A DNA stretch of 64,000 nucleotides from Candidatus Latescibacterota bacterium (GCA_965237675.1 OZ250150.1:864001-928000), one strand, 5' to 3'; shown: positions 50,414 through 59,938, counted from the first letter of the stretch. Notes: generated by a model from the sequence alone, not told the origin. Made by a program: numbers and translations.

Positions 50414-52405
50414 GTGAGAGAATCATCGAAGCGGGGAATGAGCGTCGGCGGCGTTGATCCGTCGATTCTTCGAGAGCTTTCCGGCGTCTACAAGCCATTT
50501 ATCAAAGCATTCAAGGAACTCGTCAGCAACGCGTACGACGCCGACGCGGCCGATGTTTCAATCGAGTTTGCGGACGACTTCACGTCTGCGACCATTGCGG
50601 ATGACGGCAACGGGATGAGTCCGTTTGAGTTTCGATCCGACTTCACGCGGATCGGCGGCAGCAGCAGCAGATGGTCAAAGGGAACGACGCCCCAGAAAAA
50701 GCGAAGCCGCATTGGGAACAAGGGCATAGGCTTCCTTGCACTTGCTCGCTACTGCAATCGGATGGTCGTTACTTCGAGCAGTCCTCGTCAGTTCAAACAA
50801 GAACACTCGGTCGAGACGACGTCACCTTCCATCGACGTCGTCAGCGCTCTCGGAGTACCAATTAGCCCGCAGTTACTCAGCAAAGTGTGTAGGTTTGTCG
50901 TAACGCAATCTGGAAAACGATCGAAGATTGCCGCTACCAACTACGAGTTGAATGCGAATACTGGTCGCCTTGCCTTCAAGGAGGACTTTGGTCCTGTCGA
51001 CATCGCAATTACGATCGACTGCAACAGCTTGGGTTTCCAAGCGACTCTGGACTTTGATCGCTTGCTCAAGCTTGCGGATTCTGCCGACCTCGAAAGGCTG
51101 TCCGATTTCACGTTGATCGAAGTTCGCGAGCTGCCACGGAAGTCAAAGTCCGGAACAACGGTCGCGATAGAAGGATTGAAGTCGTTTGTCAAACGCGAAC
51201 TCAAAGCAGATCGCCGGAAGGGCTTCGTTCGAAATGTTGCGAGTCGTAGCGGGTTTGAACAGGTCGCGTGGCACTTGTCTCGTTGCACGCCAATCGGCTA
51301 CGCGAAGGCACCAGATCAAGCTGAATATCTTGAAGCCCTCTTGGAGGATGCGGCGCCACCGACGCTGGACAAACTGACACTTCGACACGGCAAGACGGAG
51401 AGCGAGTTGACGCGCCCTCTCTATCCGTTCGAGCCGGACGCAGCGACGCTACACAAGGACATGATCACGGAGGTGGACATCAACGAGGGTGGTTTTGTCG
51501 CGAAGGGGTTTGTTCACGGCTACGAAAGCGTCGTGTTCCCATCCGAGTATCGAGGCGTTTCGATAAGGGTGCGTGGTGTCTCCATCGGCGACCCGACGTT
51601 TCTCGGTGCAGAATTCCTCCTAACGGGAGCACATAAGGCCGCGTTGAGCCAGATCACTGGCGAGATAAATGTGCTGAGCGGCATGGACGCGATGGATGCA
51701 ATCAATCCAGGTCGTGAAGGTTTCTATGAAGAGAGTGGTGATTTTCTCGCCCTGCGTAGGTATTTCCGTGGCGACGGTGAAAAGGTTGGCGGCTATCTCG
51801 GCAGAACGATCGACGCCGTCTTGAAACGAAGCCAAGCGAGATCGTCACTCAACAGCACCTTGAGTCGTGCGGCATACATGCGGCGTGCGATGGACGATGT
51901 GTCGGCGGGGATAACACACCTGATGTCCGAGGGAGGAAAAGAAGCGAGCGCGATACGTGAGATGCTCAAGTCGAACAAATCGCACCCGAACGGGTTGGCA
52001 TCCGCGAAGCCGGCAGGATTTGACGTTCCCAACAAAGTGGCCGGAATGGCGGTCAATCAGGCGAGACGTCAATCGGAAGCAGCAGCGATCGACTATGAGA
52101 AAGCACAGGTAACAATCGACGTATCTCGCCCTGAATGGGATAACGCGCTCGTGTTGTTCAAACGGCGGTTCGACGTCATCCACAAGCAGGGCACGGCGAT
52201 TCAACCGATCGCTGAAATCGACTTCAACCAGGACCGTATTCTCGTCAATTGGGGCCACGCTGCAAAGTCGCAGATGGACGAGCGGGGATTCCTGCGGACT
52301 GCCCTAGCATGGGTGCTGGCACGGACAGCAGCCGATGGCGACGCCGATCAGATGATGGAAATGGCCATAACATTGTTATCTTTCACTACGCAGCCCAATG
52401 ACTAA
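50414..52405 (+). CDS. MORC/Hsp90-like GHKL ATPase A
   Basis: KELVSNAYDA, DDGNGM, GNKGIGF, SGTTV; S5-transducer-like RGVSIRVRG...GEINV...NPGREGF. Confidence 0.88.
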   Translation: MRESSKRGMSVGGVDPSILRELSGVYKPFIKAFKELVSNAYDADAADVSIEFADDFTSATIADDGNGMSPFEFRSDFTRIGGSSSRWSKGTTPQKKRSRIGNKGIGFLALARYCNRMVVTSSSPRQFKQEHSVETTSPSIDVVSALGVPISPQLLSKVCRFVVTQSGKRSKIAATNYELNANTGRLAFKEDFGPVDIAITIDCNSLGFQATLDFDRLLKLADSADLERLSDFTLIEVRELPRKSKSGTTVAIEGLKSFVKRELKADRRKGFVRNVASRSGFEQVAWHLSRCTPIGYAKAPDQAEYLEALLEDAAPPTLDKLTLRHGKTESELTRPLYPFEPDAATLHKDMITEVDINEGGFVAKGFVHGYESVVFPSEYRGVSIRVRGVSIGDPTFLGAEFLLTGAHKAALSQITGEINVLSGMDAMDAINPGREGFYEESGDFLALRRYFRGDGEKVGGYLGRTIDAVLKRSQARSSLNSTLSRAAYMRRAMDDVSAGITHLMSEGGKEASAIREMLKSNKSHPNGLASAKPAGFDVPNKVAGMAVNQARRQSEAAAIDYEKAQVTIDVSRPEWDNALVLFKRRFDVIHKQGTAIQPIAEIDFNQDRILVNWGHAAKSQMDERGFLRTALAWVLARTAADGDADQMMEMAITLLSFTTQPND

Positions 52406-53753
52406 GTCTGTCACAGGACACGCACTGCTGAAGCAGGTCCAAAAGGGCGACCGGATACTGCTGGTAAACCCACCGGTGTTCGAGACACGCTATAGCTGGC
52501 TGCGGTGGAATCAACCACTGGACCTACTCAGGATCGGGGCGTACCTCAAAAGCAGCAAGAAGTGCGACGTCGAGTTGTTTGACTTCATGCTACCTAACGA
52601 CAAGGGCCGCGTTCAAAAGCGAGGGTTGACGGGACAAGAACGGTACAAAAAGGTCGGTGACGGAGACTTCGCCTACACATATCCGATGTGGAAATTCGGA
52701 AAACCCTTCGATGCACTCAATGACTGGCTGGTCGAGCGACGTGCCGGCAACAAGCGAGGCGAGCCAACTCAAGTGTGGATCACTTCGCTGTGCAGCTATT
52801 GGTACGCCAGCATTCACCAATTATGCACGAAGCTACGCCTTTGGTTGCCAGACGCGAAACTGGCTGTGCTGGGCAACTACCCACGATTTATGGTGGACAA
52901 CGCAGTGGACTTCTGCGATGCAGACCTGATCGTCAGGACGCCACTTAAACATGCCGACAAGGGATCATCTCTGAGGCTCTACGGAGCCGAGAAACCTCCA
53001 TTCATTTCGGTCACTCTCAATCCACCTACAGCCATCCCTGCGATCAAGGAAGCAATCGAACTGGGAGTATTTCACGTTGCCGTGTTTGATGGCGAGGACG
53101 ACATTTGCCGCGACAAGGGCAAGCCACTTCGAGAGATCGTCGAAAGCACGAAGAACTTCCACCAGCACCTACGTTTTCATGCGGTATCGGGACTACATCC
53201 CGAACGGGTCACTTCAGAATTAGCGAAAGTGTTCGTGGAACGAGCGTTCGCGGAGCTGTTTTTTGAGCAGTCCGAGGAGGAATTGGAGTTAGACGAGGCG
53301 GCATACGAGCAGTGTCGCGCCTACCTGCTGGAAGCGGGGATTGATCTTTCAGATGGAGGCAAAACCTGCGGATTCGTGTGGATTGGACGCCCGGACGAAA
53401 CACTGGAAGGGATCGTCCGTCGTAGTTTCACCGTTCTCAGCACGTTTGGGAGTGTCATCCTCAAGCCGTACACGGCCGTACCGGGAACAGGGCTGTACGA
53501 ACGGCACAAAGATTATCTGGACGATCTTACGTACGCTGATCTGTCCCCACACAGATTTCCGTTCGCCGAGTACAATGGAATCACCCGGAACGAATACCAT
53601 GACCTCTACAGAATGGCGGCGTTCCTCAACGAGAAAGTACGCAACCGGTCTTTCGACTTATTGAACGGCAGTATGGGTGCCGAGTTGCTGCGAAACAGTT
53701 TACGTCTCGAGGTTTGGAATCTTGAAACGTCCCCCCTCAGCATTATTGATTAG
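52398..53753 (+). CDS. B12-binding/radical-SAM-like protein lacking CxxxCxxC
   Basis: ILLVNPP...QPLDLLRIGAYLK...DVELFD, VWITSL.SYW, GNYP, IGRPDET, YTAVPGT. Colinear with the next gene but without the cluster loop. Confidence 0.8.
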   Translation: MTKSVTGHALLKQVQKGDRILLVNPPVFETRYSWLRWNQPLDLLRIGAYLKSSKKCDVELFDFMLPNDKGRVQKRGLTGQERYKKVGDGDFAYTYPMWKFGKPFDALNDWLVERRAGNKRGEPTQVWITSLCSYWYASIHQLCTKLRLWLPDAKLAVLGNYPRFMVDNAVDFCDADLIVRTPLKHADKGSSLRLYGAEKPPFISVTLNPPTAIPAIKEAIELGVFHVAVFDGEDDICRDKGKPLREIVESTKNFHQHLRFHAVSGLHPERVTSELAKVFVERAFAELFFEQSEEELELDEAAYEQCRAYLLEAGIDLSDGGKTCGFVWIGRPDETLEGIVRRSFTVLSTFGSVILKPYTAVPGTGLYERHKDYLDDLTYADLSPHRFPFAEYNGITRNEYHDLYRMAAFLNEKVRNRSFDLLNGSMGAELLRNSLRLEVWNLETSPLSIID

Positions 53754-55290
53754 CCCGCCTGTCTACGACGTACAATATTGGGCGAACTGGAGCATGCCCT
53801 ATGGCTTGTTGCGTGTCGCATCGTGGCTTCAGGGCAAGGGCTACATGCTGAAGCTGATCGACGGTATGGAGGCTAACAAGCGGCGTACCGTGCCAAAGCA
53901 GAAGCGATGTGTACGAAAACTCTGCTCAGCGGACGAACCGTTCACGCCGGACAAGTGGACGGACTACGAACCGCAGCCTGACGAAAAGATCGAGTACGTG
54001 TTCGGCATGCCGCTAAAGGAACTGCGGAAACGGCTCGAAGCGATCAAGGCACGTGCAAGGTATGCGCGTGAATCGCTGTTCGACGAAGTGGCCTTTCCAG
54101 ATCCAGATGAAATCTGGATTTCGTCTATCATGACGTACTGGTGGGAAAGCACTCGCGACGTGATCCAAGTCTGTCGGCAAGTATTTCCGAAGGCCGTTTT
54201 CCGCGTTGGTGGAATCTATCCGACGCTCATTCCCGAACACGCGATGCAGAACCTCGGGTTGAATGATCCACTGCACTTAATGGGTCGTGACCTTGATCCG
54301 CTTAATGCCAAGCAGAAGAAGCGTGACATCGTAGTGTCCGCAACGATTCCCGATGCGAATCCGCTCCCACTTGCGATTGAGTTGTACGACAAGGACGGTG
54401 CGGGCGACGACGAAGAAGGCGAAGAAGGCGAGAGGTTGCCCGATTACCTCATCATGACGACGAGTCGTGGCTGCCCTTTCAAATGTTCTTACTGTTCGGC
54501 TAACGTTTTGAACGAAGGACGAAAGATCTGGGTTCGGGAATACGAGGTTGCGTACGATGAGATCAAGCGACGGTTTGAGCAAGGAATTCGCGAATTCTGT
54601 TTCTACGAGGACAACCTGCTGCTCGGCAGAGAGAATTTCAAGCAGCTTTGCCGACTGATTCGTGACGATCGCGATTTGAAAGGGATCGAGCTGTACGCAC
54701 CAGAGGGCATCGAAGTCCGCCTGCTGCACGAAGACACCGTCCAACTGATGCGTGATGCTGGCTTCAAGAAGCTCTACCTGCCGCTCGAAACCGTCAACGC
54801 CAACATGGCGAAATCGTGGCAACGCACGCACACGAACATGGACAAATTCTTCTACGCGTTGCGTAACGCGGAAAAGGCCGGCTTCAAGCTGCGATGCCAA
54901 GACATCAACTGCTTCATCCTCTTCGGCCTGCCAGACGAAGACCTGCAAGCGGTGTACGACACAATCACATTTGCCTCAAGCCGTGTCGGCTCCGTGATTC
55001 CCATGCTTTTCACTCCAGTGCCAAGCACGCCATTGTTCGAGCAGTACCGACCGTACATCGAAGACAAAGGTTTCGATCTACACCACTTGAATGGAAAGCT
55101 GCTCCCTTTCCTCGATTACAATCGCCGCAAGTACACGTCGTTATCAGTACACGACTACAACTCAATCGAAGGGTTGATGTGGAGACTTAATGCGAAAGTT
55201 CGCAACGCGAGTTTCAATCTCGGAGGAGATGGCCGAGTGGCGAGGGCGTTCCGAGACGTGTACAACGCGCTGGAACCGATGTCCGTCTGA
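53722..55290 (+). CDS. Cobalamin-binding radical SAM enzyme (class B-like architecture)
   Basis: LLISPP...PYGLLRVASWL, GGIYPT, TSRGCPFKCSYC, FYEDN, LPLET, FILFGLPDE, FTPVPST. TTG 53722 with GAGG RBS overlaps the upstream gene. Confidence 0.92.
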   Translation: MKRPPSALLISPPVYDVQYWANWSMPYGLLRVASWLQGKGYMLKLIDGMEANKRRTVPKQKRCVRKLCSADEPFTPDKWTDYEPQPDEKIEYVFGMPLKELRKRLEAIKARARYARESLFDEVAFPDPDEIWISSIMTYWWESTRDVIQVCRQVFPKAVFRVGGIYPTLIPEHAMQNLGLNDPLHLMGRDLDPLNAKQKKRDIVVSATIPDANPLPLAIELYDKDGAGDDEEGEEGERLPDYLIMTTSRGCPFKCSYCSANVLNEGRKIWVREYEVAYDEIKRRFEQGIREFCFYEDNLLLGRENFKQLCRLIRDDRDLKGIELYAPEGIEVRLLHEDTVQLMRDAGFKKLYLPLETVNANMAKSWQRTHTNMDKFFYALRNAEKAGFKLRCQDINCFILFGLPDEDLQAVYDTITFASSRVGSVIPMLFTPVPSTPLFEQYRPYIEDKGFDLHHLNGKLLPFLDYNRRKYTSLSVHDYNSIEGLMWRLNAKVRNASFNLGGDGRVARAFRDVYNALEPMSV

Positions 55291-55676
55291 TTGGCTACGT
55301 CAAGTCACTGGTGGTTCGACCTGTGGCGGATAGAGCTCGACTCGCGGGATCATCCCGTCCAATCGACGTAGCGGATAGTTGATTATCTCTGCGAGAGATT
55401 TTGCTTGCGTCAGGTCGGGCAGAGCTCCCGTTTGCTTCAGGAATTCGGCATAGAAGTGAACTCCCAGGTGAACGATTCCAGATATCGTCAAATGTTGTGG
55501 ATGGCGGCGAGAGGACCATGACGGATTAACCGGCGGCTTTGATGTCTCTGTCCTGGAATTCAACGTCTTGGACGAGGAGTTCAAAGAGTTTGTGACTGTG
55601 TAATCGCCATTGGAAAAGTTGATCAGGATACTTAATCAGAGATTACCTTATTTCATACAGTGAAAGACTCGACCAT

Positions 55677-57539
55677 ATGATTCAGAATGAACGCCAAACG
55701 CGGCGAGTTCAGCTAGAGAGTTGGGAGGTGGGCGGGGAGCTATTAGACATCCTCTCTCGAGGCTTGTACTCCGATGCAAAAGACGCACTCAGGGAATACG
55801 TCCAAAACGGAGTCGATGCTGAAGCCGAACACACTCTCATTACGGTTGATGGCTCCCAAGCAGTGATAAGAGATGATGGCCATGGCATGGATGAAGAGGG
55901 CATCCGGATCGCTCGACGATTTGGAATGTCTGAGAAAAGCCCTAGAGAAATGGTCGGATACCGCGGCATCGGCATCTATTCGGCATTCGGCATTTGCGAG
56001 GAAATGACGATCACTAGCCGCCAGGCGGGTATGGATAACCTAGTAGGTTGGACCTTCCAGTTTGGTGAAATGCGCCGACTCCTCGAAGCAGATAAAGCTT
56101 CTGATGCCCGTCATGGTGTTGGCCTACCCGACCTCATGTATCAGTACAGTGAGTTGTTCGTTGAACCTTACCACGGCAATGCGGACGATCACTTTACTGT
56201 TGTGGAGATCGATGGATTGGGTGAAGAATACAGAGCCCAGCTAAACAACGCGGGAGAAGTCAATGATTATCTTCTGAATACGATTCCTGTAGCTTTCTCG
56301 GAGGATGGTTATGGCGACACGGTCAATGGATGGCTCGCAGATTACGTAGACCTCAATCCAGTTCGGATTACTCTTCGAATCGCCGACGAGAGCGAGATCA
56401 ACGTCCATCCGCCAGTCGCCAAAGGCGTGTACAGTCCCGAATCTGACTGGATAAGGGCACCGGACGATACGCCGTTGGCATTCGTGTGGTACGCCCTGTC
56501 CACTAATGGCAAACAGCTTCCCATGCATGAGGGTTCCGAGGTCAGTGGCTTCCTAATGAAGGTGAAAGGGTTCACATTAGGAAATCGACTTGCGCTCAAA
56601 GGGCTTTGGCCAGCCGTTGGTGGGGGAACTTTATACCATCACTATACAGGGGAGGTGCATATTCTGGCGACCGACCAAATCTATCCGAATGCTGCTCGGA
56701 ATGATTTGGAATCTAGTCCGGCTAGGCAACTGTTTGTGAAGCAGGCCGAAGATTTCTTTTATCCCCTCAGCCGGAAAGCTCGGGCTATGCAGGCGATGAC
56801 TAGGGGAGATCGCCTTCTTGAGGGAATTGATCATACAATCAAACAGTTAGCGGGACTAAAAGATGCGCCGAACGCAGACATATTCGAGGTATATAGAAGC
56901 AGCGAGAACTATCGGAAAGAACTAGAGAATGTGCATCAACAGATCGAGAGCCATAAGAGAAAGCCTCGCGGGCGGCCGCGAGTGCAATTCGATGAAGTAC
57001 AACAACGATTATTGGACAATGTCACCAAAAGGCTTCAAGGCGCTATCAGCCAATTAGGTGGAGTAGCTAGGGCCGCGCAAAAAAGTACGGAAAGACAAAG
57101 AAGAAGAGCTACTCAACCTCCTCCTCAAGAAAGACTACTTTACAGCGCACTTAGTGCTACATTGCGAGCAGCGGATAAGACCGACGATCCCCGGTTTAAG
57201 GAAGCGGCAGAGGCCTTGGTATCTTCGATTAATAGTAGATCAGTTCCGAGGACTATAGGGATTCTTGACGAACTTAAGGCTGCAGGAGTCGAACTCGGTA
57301 CCGAAGTGGAGTCGTCTAGGAGGGAGTTGAGGGCCTCATTAGGTTGGTCTCCTTTGGCACCAGTTTCACTGGGTGAGGCGTTGACGCAGCAAGGGGTTTC
57401 GTTAGAAGGCAAGCATGAGGAGAGCCTTGTAAAGGCAATCGACCGAGGTCTGGTGGTCGGGCTGGGTGGAAGAGGTGAGAGATATGAAACTGTGCTACGA
57501 GCTATAGTTGAAGCGATTGCCGAGGAAATGGGGAGCTAG
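55677..57539 (+). CDS. MORC/Hsp90-like GHKL ATPase B with helical C-terminus
   Basis: LSRGLYSD...REYVQNGVDA, DDGHGM, GYRGIG; GFLMKVKGFTLG...YTGEVHI...PNAARNDLE. Confidence 0.88.
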   Translation: MIQNERQTRRVQLESWEVGGELLDILSRGLYSDAKDALREYVQNGVDAEAEHTLITVDGSQAVIRDDGHGMDEEGIRIARRFGMSEKSPREMVGYRGIGIYSAFGICEEMTITSRQAGMDNLVGWTFQFGEMRRLLEADKASDARHGVGLPDLMYQYSELFVEPYHGNADDHFTVVEIDGLGEEYRAQLNNAGEVNDYLLNTIPVAFSEDGYGDTVNGWLADYVDLNPVRITLRIADESEINVHPPVAKGVYSPESDWIRAPDDTPLAFVWYALSTNGKQLPMHEGSEVSGFLMKVKGFTLGNRLALKGLWPAVGGGTLYHHYTGEVHILATDQIYPNAARNDLESSPARQLFVKQAEDFFYPLSRKARAMQAMTRGDRLLEGIDHTIKQLAGLKDAPNADIFEVYRSSENYRKELENVHQQIESHKRKPRGRPRVQFDEVQQRLLDNVTKRLQGAISQLGGVARAAQKSTERQRRRATQPPPQERLLYSALSATLRAADKTDDPRFKEAAEALVSSINSRSVPRTIGILDELKAAGVELGTEVESSRRELRASLGWSPLAPVSLGEALTQQGVSLEGKHEESLVKAIDRGLVVGLGGRGERYETVLRAIVEAIAEEMGS

Positions 57540-57547
57540 GGGAGGCA

Positions 57548-58564
57548 ATGGCAAGAAGGCGCGGTCGTCGACGAGGAAACTACTATTCCAGTGAAGAGAA
57601 GAACGTAGTTAGAGAAAAGTATGATTATCCGTTGGTCAAGGCAGCAGCTCGTAGAAAAAAGGGGGGAATCAGGTATTTTGGCATGCCGGGCGAGGAAGCC
57701 CTGGACTTACACAGCTGGGGCGGACTCTGCGAGTACGTAGCTGCTGTGGAATTCAGCGACGAAAGGTTTCAGTACGTAAAGCATGTACTGAGAACCCAGT
57801 TTGGCAGCATACGCCATCGAGCCCATTTAGGAGACGTCGACAAGGTTATCTTGAGAAACAAAAGTGGGAACCCACCTTCGGAATTTGTCTCAACCACTTT
57901 CCGATGCGGCGCTGGGTACATATGGGATTTTGACGTCATATACCTAGACTACTTTGGCAAATTCCTGCCTCATAAACACGGTGGCTCAGTTGTTCGAAAC
58001 AGAGCGAATGCGCTTAGACGCCTTTTCGCTACTGATCGCCAAGATGCATGGCAACCGTGGCTCTTAATGCTTACGGTTGAGTCCACGCTTTTCGGTTCTA
58101 ATGACAGGAAACAAATGCGACAGTTCTTGTCCGCTTCAATAGAAGAAGCGGATGCGGAAACGGAAGATGCTATTAACTTCCTGCTACATGATACGGCGTG
58201 TAAAGAGCAAGAGGCAACTAGGCTGGTTCACGGTACATTGAGCTATTTGATTGCTTTGGCCGCAAGCAATTCCGACGTCCGCGTATCGCCCAGACCGACC
58301 GTTCTGTACAGAGGGGCAAACGACACTCCGATGTTGCATTTTGCATATGAGGTGGCTCCTTCTGAAGTGTTGTCGGGTTCTCATCCGGCATTACCCTTGC
58401 TCCGGTCTCCTTTACTGCAGGTAAGGAACGATTATATGGAGCCGTGGTTCGAACTATTGCCTGCTCAACCGCCTGGGCAGACTGACTCCGTTATACGTAA
58501 AGCATTGGATTTTCTCGACGAGGATCAAGTCGAGCAAATTCTATGTGGGCGACGGACGACGTAA
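57548..58564 (+). CDS. Putative SAM-dependent methyltransferase-fold protein
   Basis: GGGAGG RBS; basic N-terminal tail; RYFGMPG...VAAVE...HLGD...FDVIYLDYFG follows Rossmann MTase strand order (inferred). Confidence 0.6.
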   Translation: MARRRGRRRGNYYSSEEKNVVREKYDYPLVKAAARRKKGGIRYFGMPGEEALDLHSWGGLCEYVAAVEFSDERFQYVKHVLRTQFGSIRHRAHLGDVDKVILRNKSGNPPSEFVSTTFRCGAGYIWDFDVIYLDYFGKFLPHKHGGSVVRNRANALRRLFATDRQDAWQPWLLMLTVESTLFGSNDRKQMRQFLSASIEEADAETEDAINFLLHDTACKEQEATRLVHGTLSYLIALAASNSDVRVSPRPTVLYRGANDTPMLHFAYEVAPSEVLSGSHPALPLLRSPLLQVRNDYMEPWFELLPAQPPGQTDSVIRKALDFLDEDQVEQILCGRRTT

Positions 58565-58800
58565 AGCCCCCAATTGGACAAGAACGAGAACCTTCGGGCT
58601 CAGGTTCCGGCCGGCGGTGTTATTCTGGAGCCGACGTTGCCGGGCTACCCACCAAAGACCCGAATGCGCTAGGTCCACCCGGTAGCGGATGGAGTTATCG
58701 AGAGAGGCCCTCTGCTGCGCTGGCAGAGAGCCTTTTCTTGAGAGCAATGTCGGCGTCATTGACCCGGCTTCGTCCTTTATGTAGGATGTAGAAACGTGGT

Positions 58801-58866
58801 CATTGCGTGCGTCGCTTGCGCTGAGCTTGTCGAAATGCCCGCGTTTCGCTACCCTTCGATACCCAT
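58801..58866. repeat. REP/MITE-like repeat, family A (partial)
   Basis: GCGCTGAGCTTGTCGAAATGCCCGCGTTTCGCTACCCTTCGAT matches the 46101 and 875 copies. Confidence 0.65.
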
Positions 58867-58871
58867 CAACT

Positions 58872-59642
58872 TCACGGCATCCAGATATTCCACTTGCCAT
58901 GCTTTTCCCAGATGCGGCAGGTGTCACAGGTGCACATCCACCGGAGTGCGAAACGCGGCTTGTTGCCTGTATTCAGAGATCCGGCGTGTATCAGCAGATA
59001 GTAAAAAAACAGTACGTCTCCCCGTGACGGCCTCAACTCAACCGGCGCTCCCAGTTCGAACTTTTGCTGCGGGTTCTTGAAATCCGACAGCATTCGATAC
59101 CGGTCGGGGTCCTGCACTGCCGCCTCGCCGAGCTTCCGATGGGACCCCGGCCAGACCGCGGTACCGCCACCCTGCGCGACACCCGAATCGAGATAGGTCA
59201 GTGATGAGACGCGGAATGATCCTGGAAAAACGCTGAAAGGTCGATGAACACCATCGGCATGCCCGCTGTGATGATTCCATTTTCCGGAGACCGGAAATAC
59301 ACATCGTGTCCACACTGCCTCGGGCTGTGGTTTCTGACAATGAAATGCCTCTTCATTTTCCCTTGCCAATTGGCTCTGCGCTTCGTAAAACGTGGGAGTA
59401 CAACAAGCCAGTAACGCAGGGTCCTGGAGCCCGAAATGTTCAATCACCCCCTGGCTGGCAACTGTTGTCACCTCGTCTGTATCGTCCGGTAGAGGAGACC
59501 ACGAAGCCGGATCGTCCCGATCCATACCCAGGACAGACCACATCGCCTCCTCTGCGCCGGCAATTGTCTCTTCCGGAATTAAGCCCGACACCAGCACATA
59601 CCCGTCCCGGTCATATTGCGCCATTTGTTCTTGTGAAAGCAT
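58872..59642 (-). CDS. PhyH-family dioxygenase
   Basis: YDRDGYV, GHADG, VWPGSH, RGDVLFF...IHAG. Confidence 0.85.
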   Translation of the reverse strand: MLSQEQMAQYDRDGYVLVSGLIPEETIAGAEEAMWSVLGMDRDDPASWSPLPDDTDEVTTVASQGVIEHFGLQDPALLACCTPTFYEAQSQLARENEEAFHCQKPQPEAVWTRCVFPVSGKWNHHSGHADGVHRPFSVFPGSFRVSSLTYLDSGVAQGGGTAVWPGSHRKLGEAAVQDPDRYRMLSDFKNPQQKFELGAPVELRPSRGDVLFFYYLLIHAGSLNTGNKPRFALRWMCTCDTCRIWEKHGKWNIWMP

Positions 59643-59938
59643 GGATTCCTCCCGGGTAGATCGAATTTTGTACAGGAAAAATAAGGCGCCGATCATTCAC
59701 TCGAAGAAAAGCGTTAAAAAATCCAATAGGACACCCCTCCCGTCACGAAACCTGCCGAAAAACCGAAAAATTCTCTCGTCAATTTCTGTTATACGCCCAT
59801 TTCAAATGGTATGGTTTTCTGAAAATTTTATATTTTTCGATGTGGAAAAATCGTAAATGGTGAATTAAGAATGGAGCGATCGGGAGAGGAGTGAGGAAAA
59901 GTATTGTGGGATTTAGTTTGATTTTTGGCAGATTCTTG

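Noticed and set aside
52398-55290. Viperin, QueE/7-deazaguanine or RiPP maturase assignment for the rSAM genes
   Set aside because: The N-terminal B12-binding-type domain does not fit viperin or QueE. There are no SPASM cysteines, precursor peptide, or que/dpd genes nearby.
50100-58800. att sites or integrase delimiting the ATPase/rSAM locus
   Set aside because: No tRNA, integrase or flanking direct repeat was found by eye; the boundaries remain undefined.
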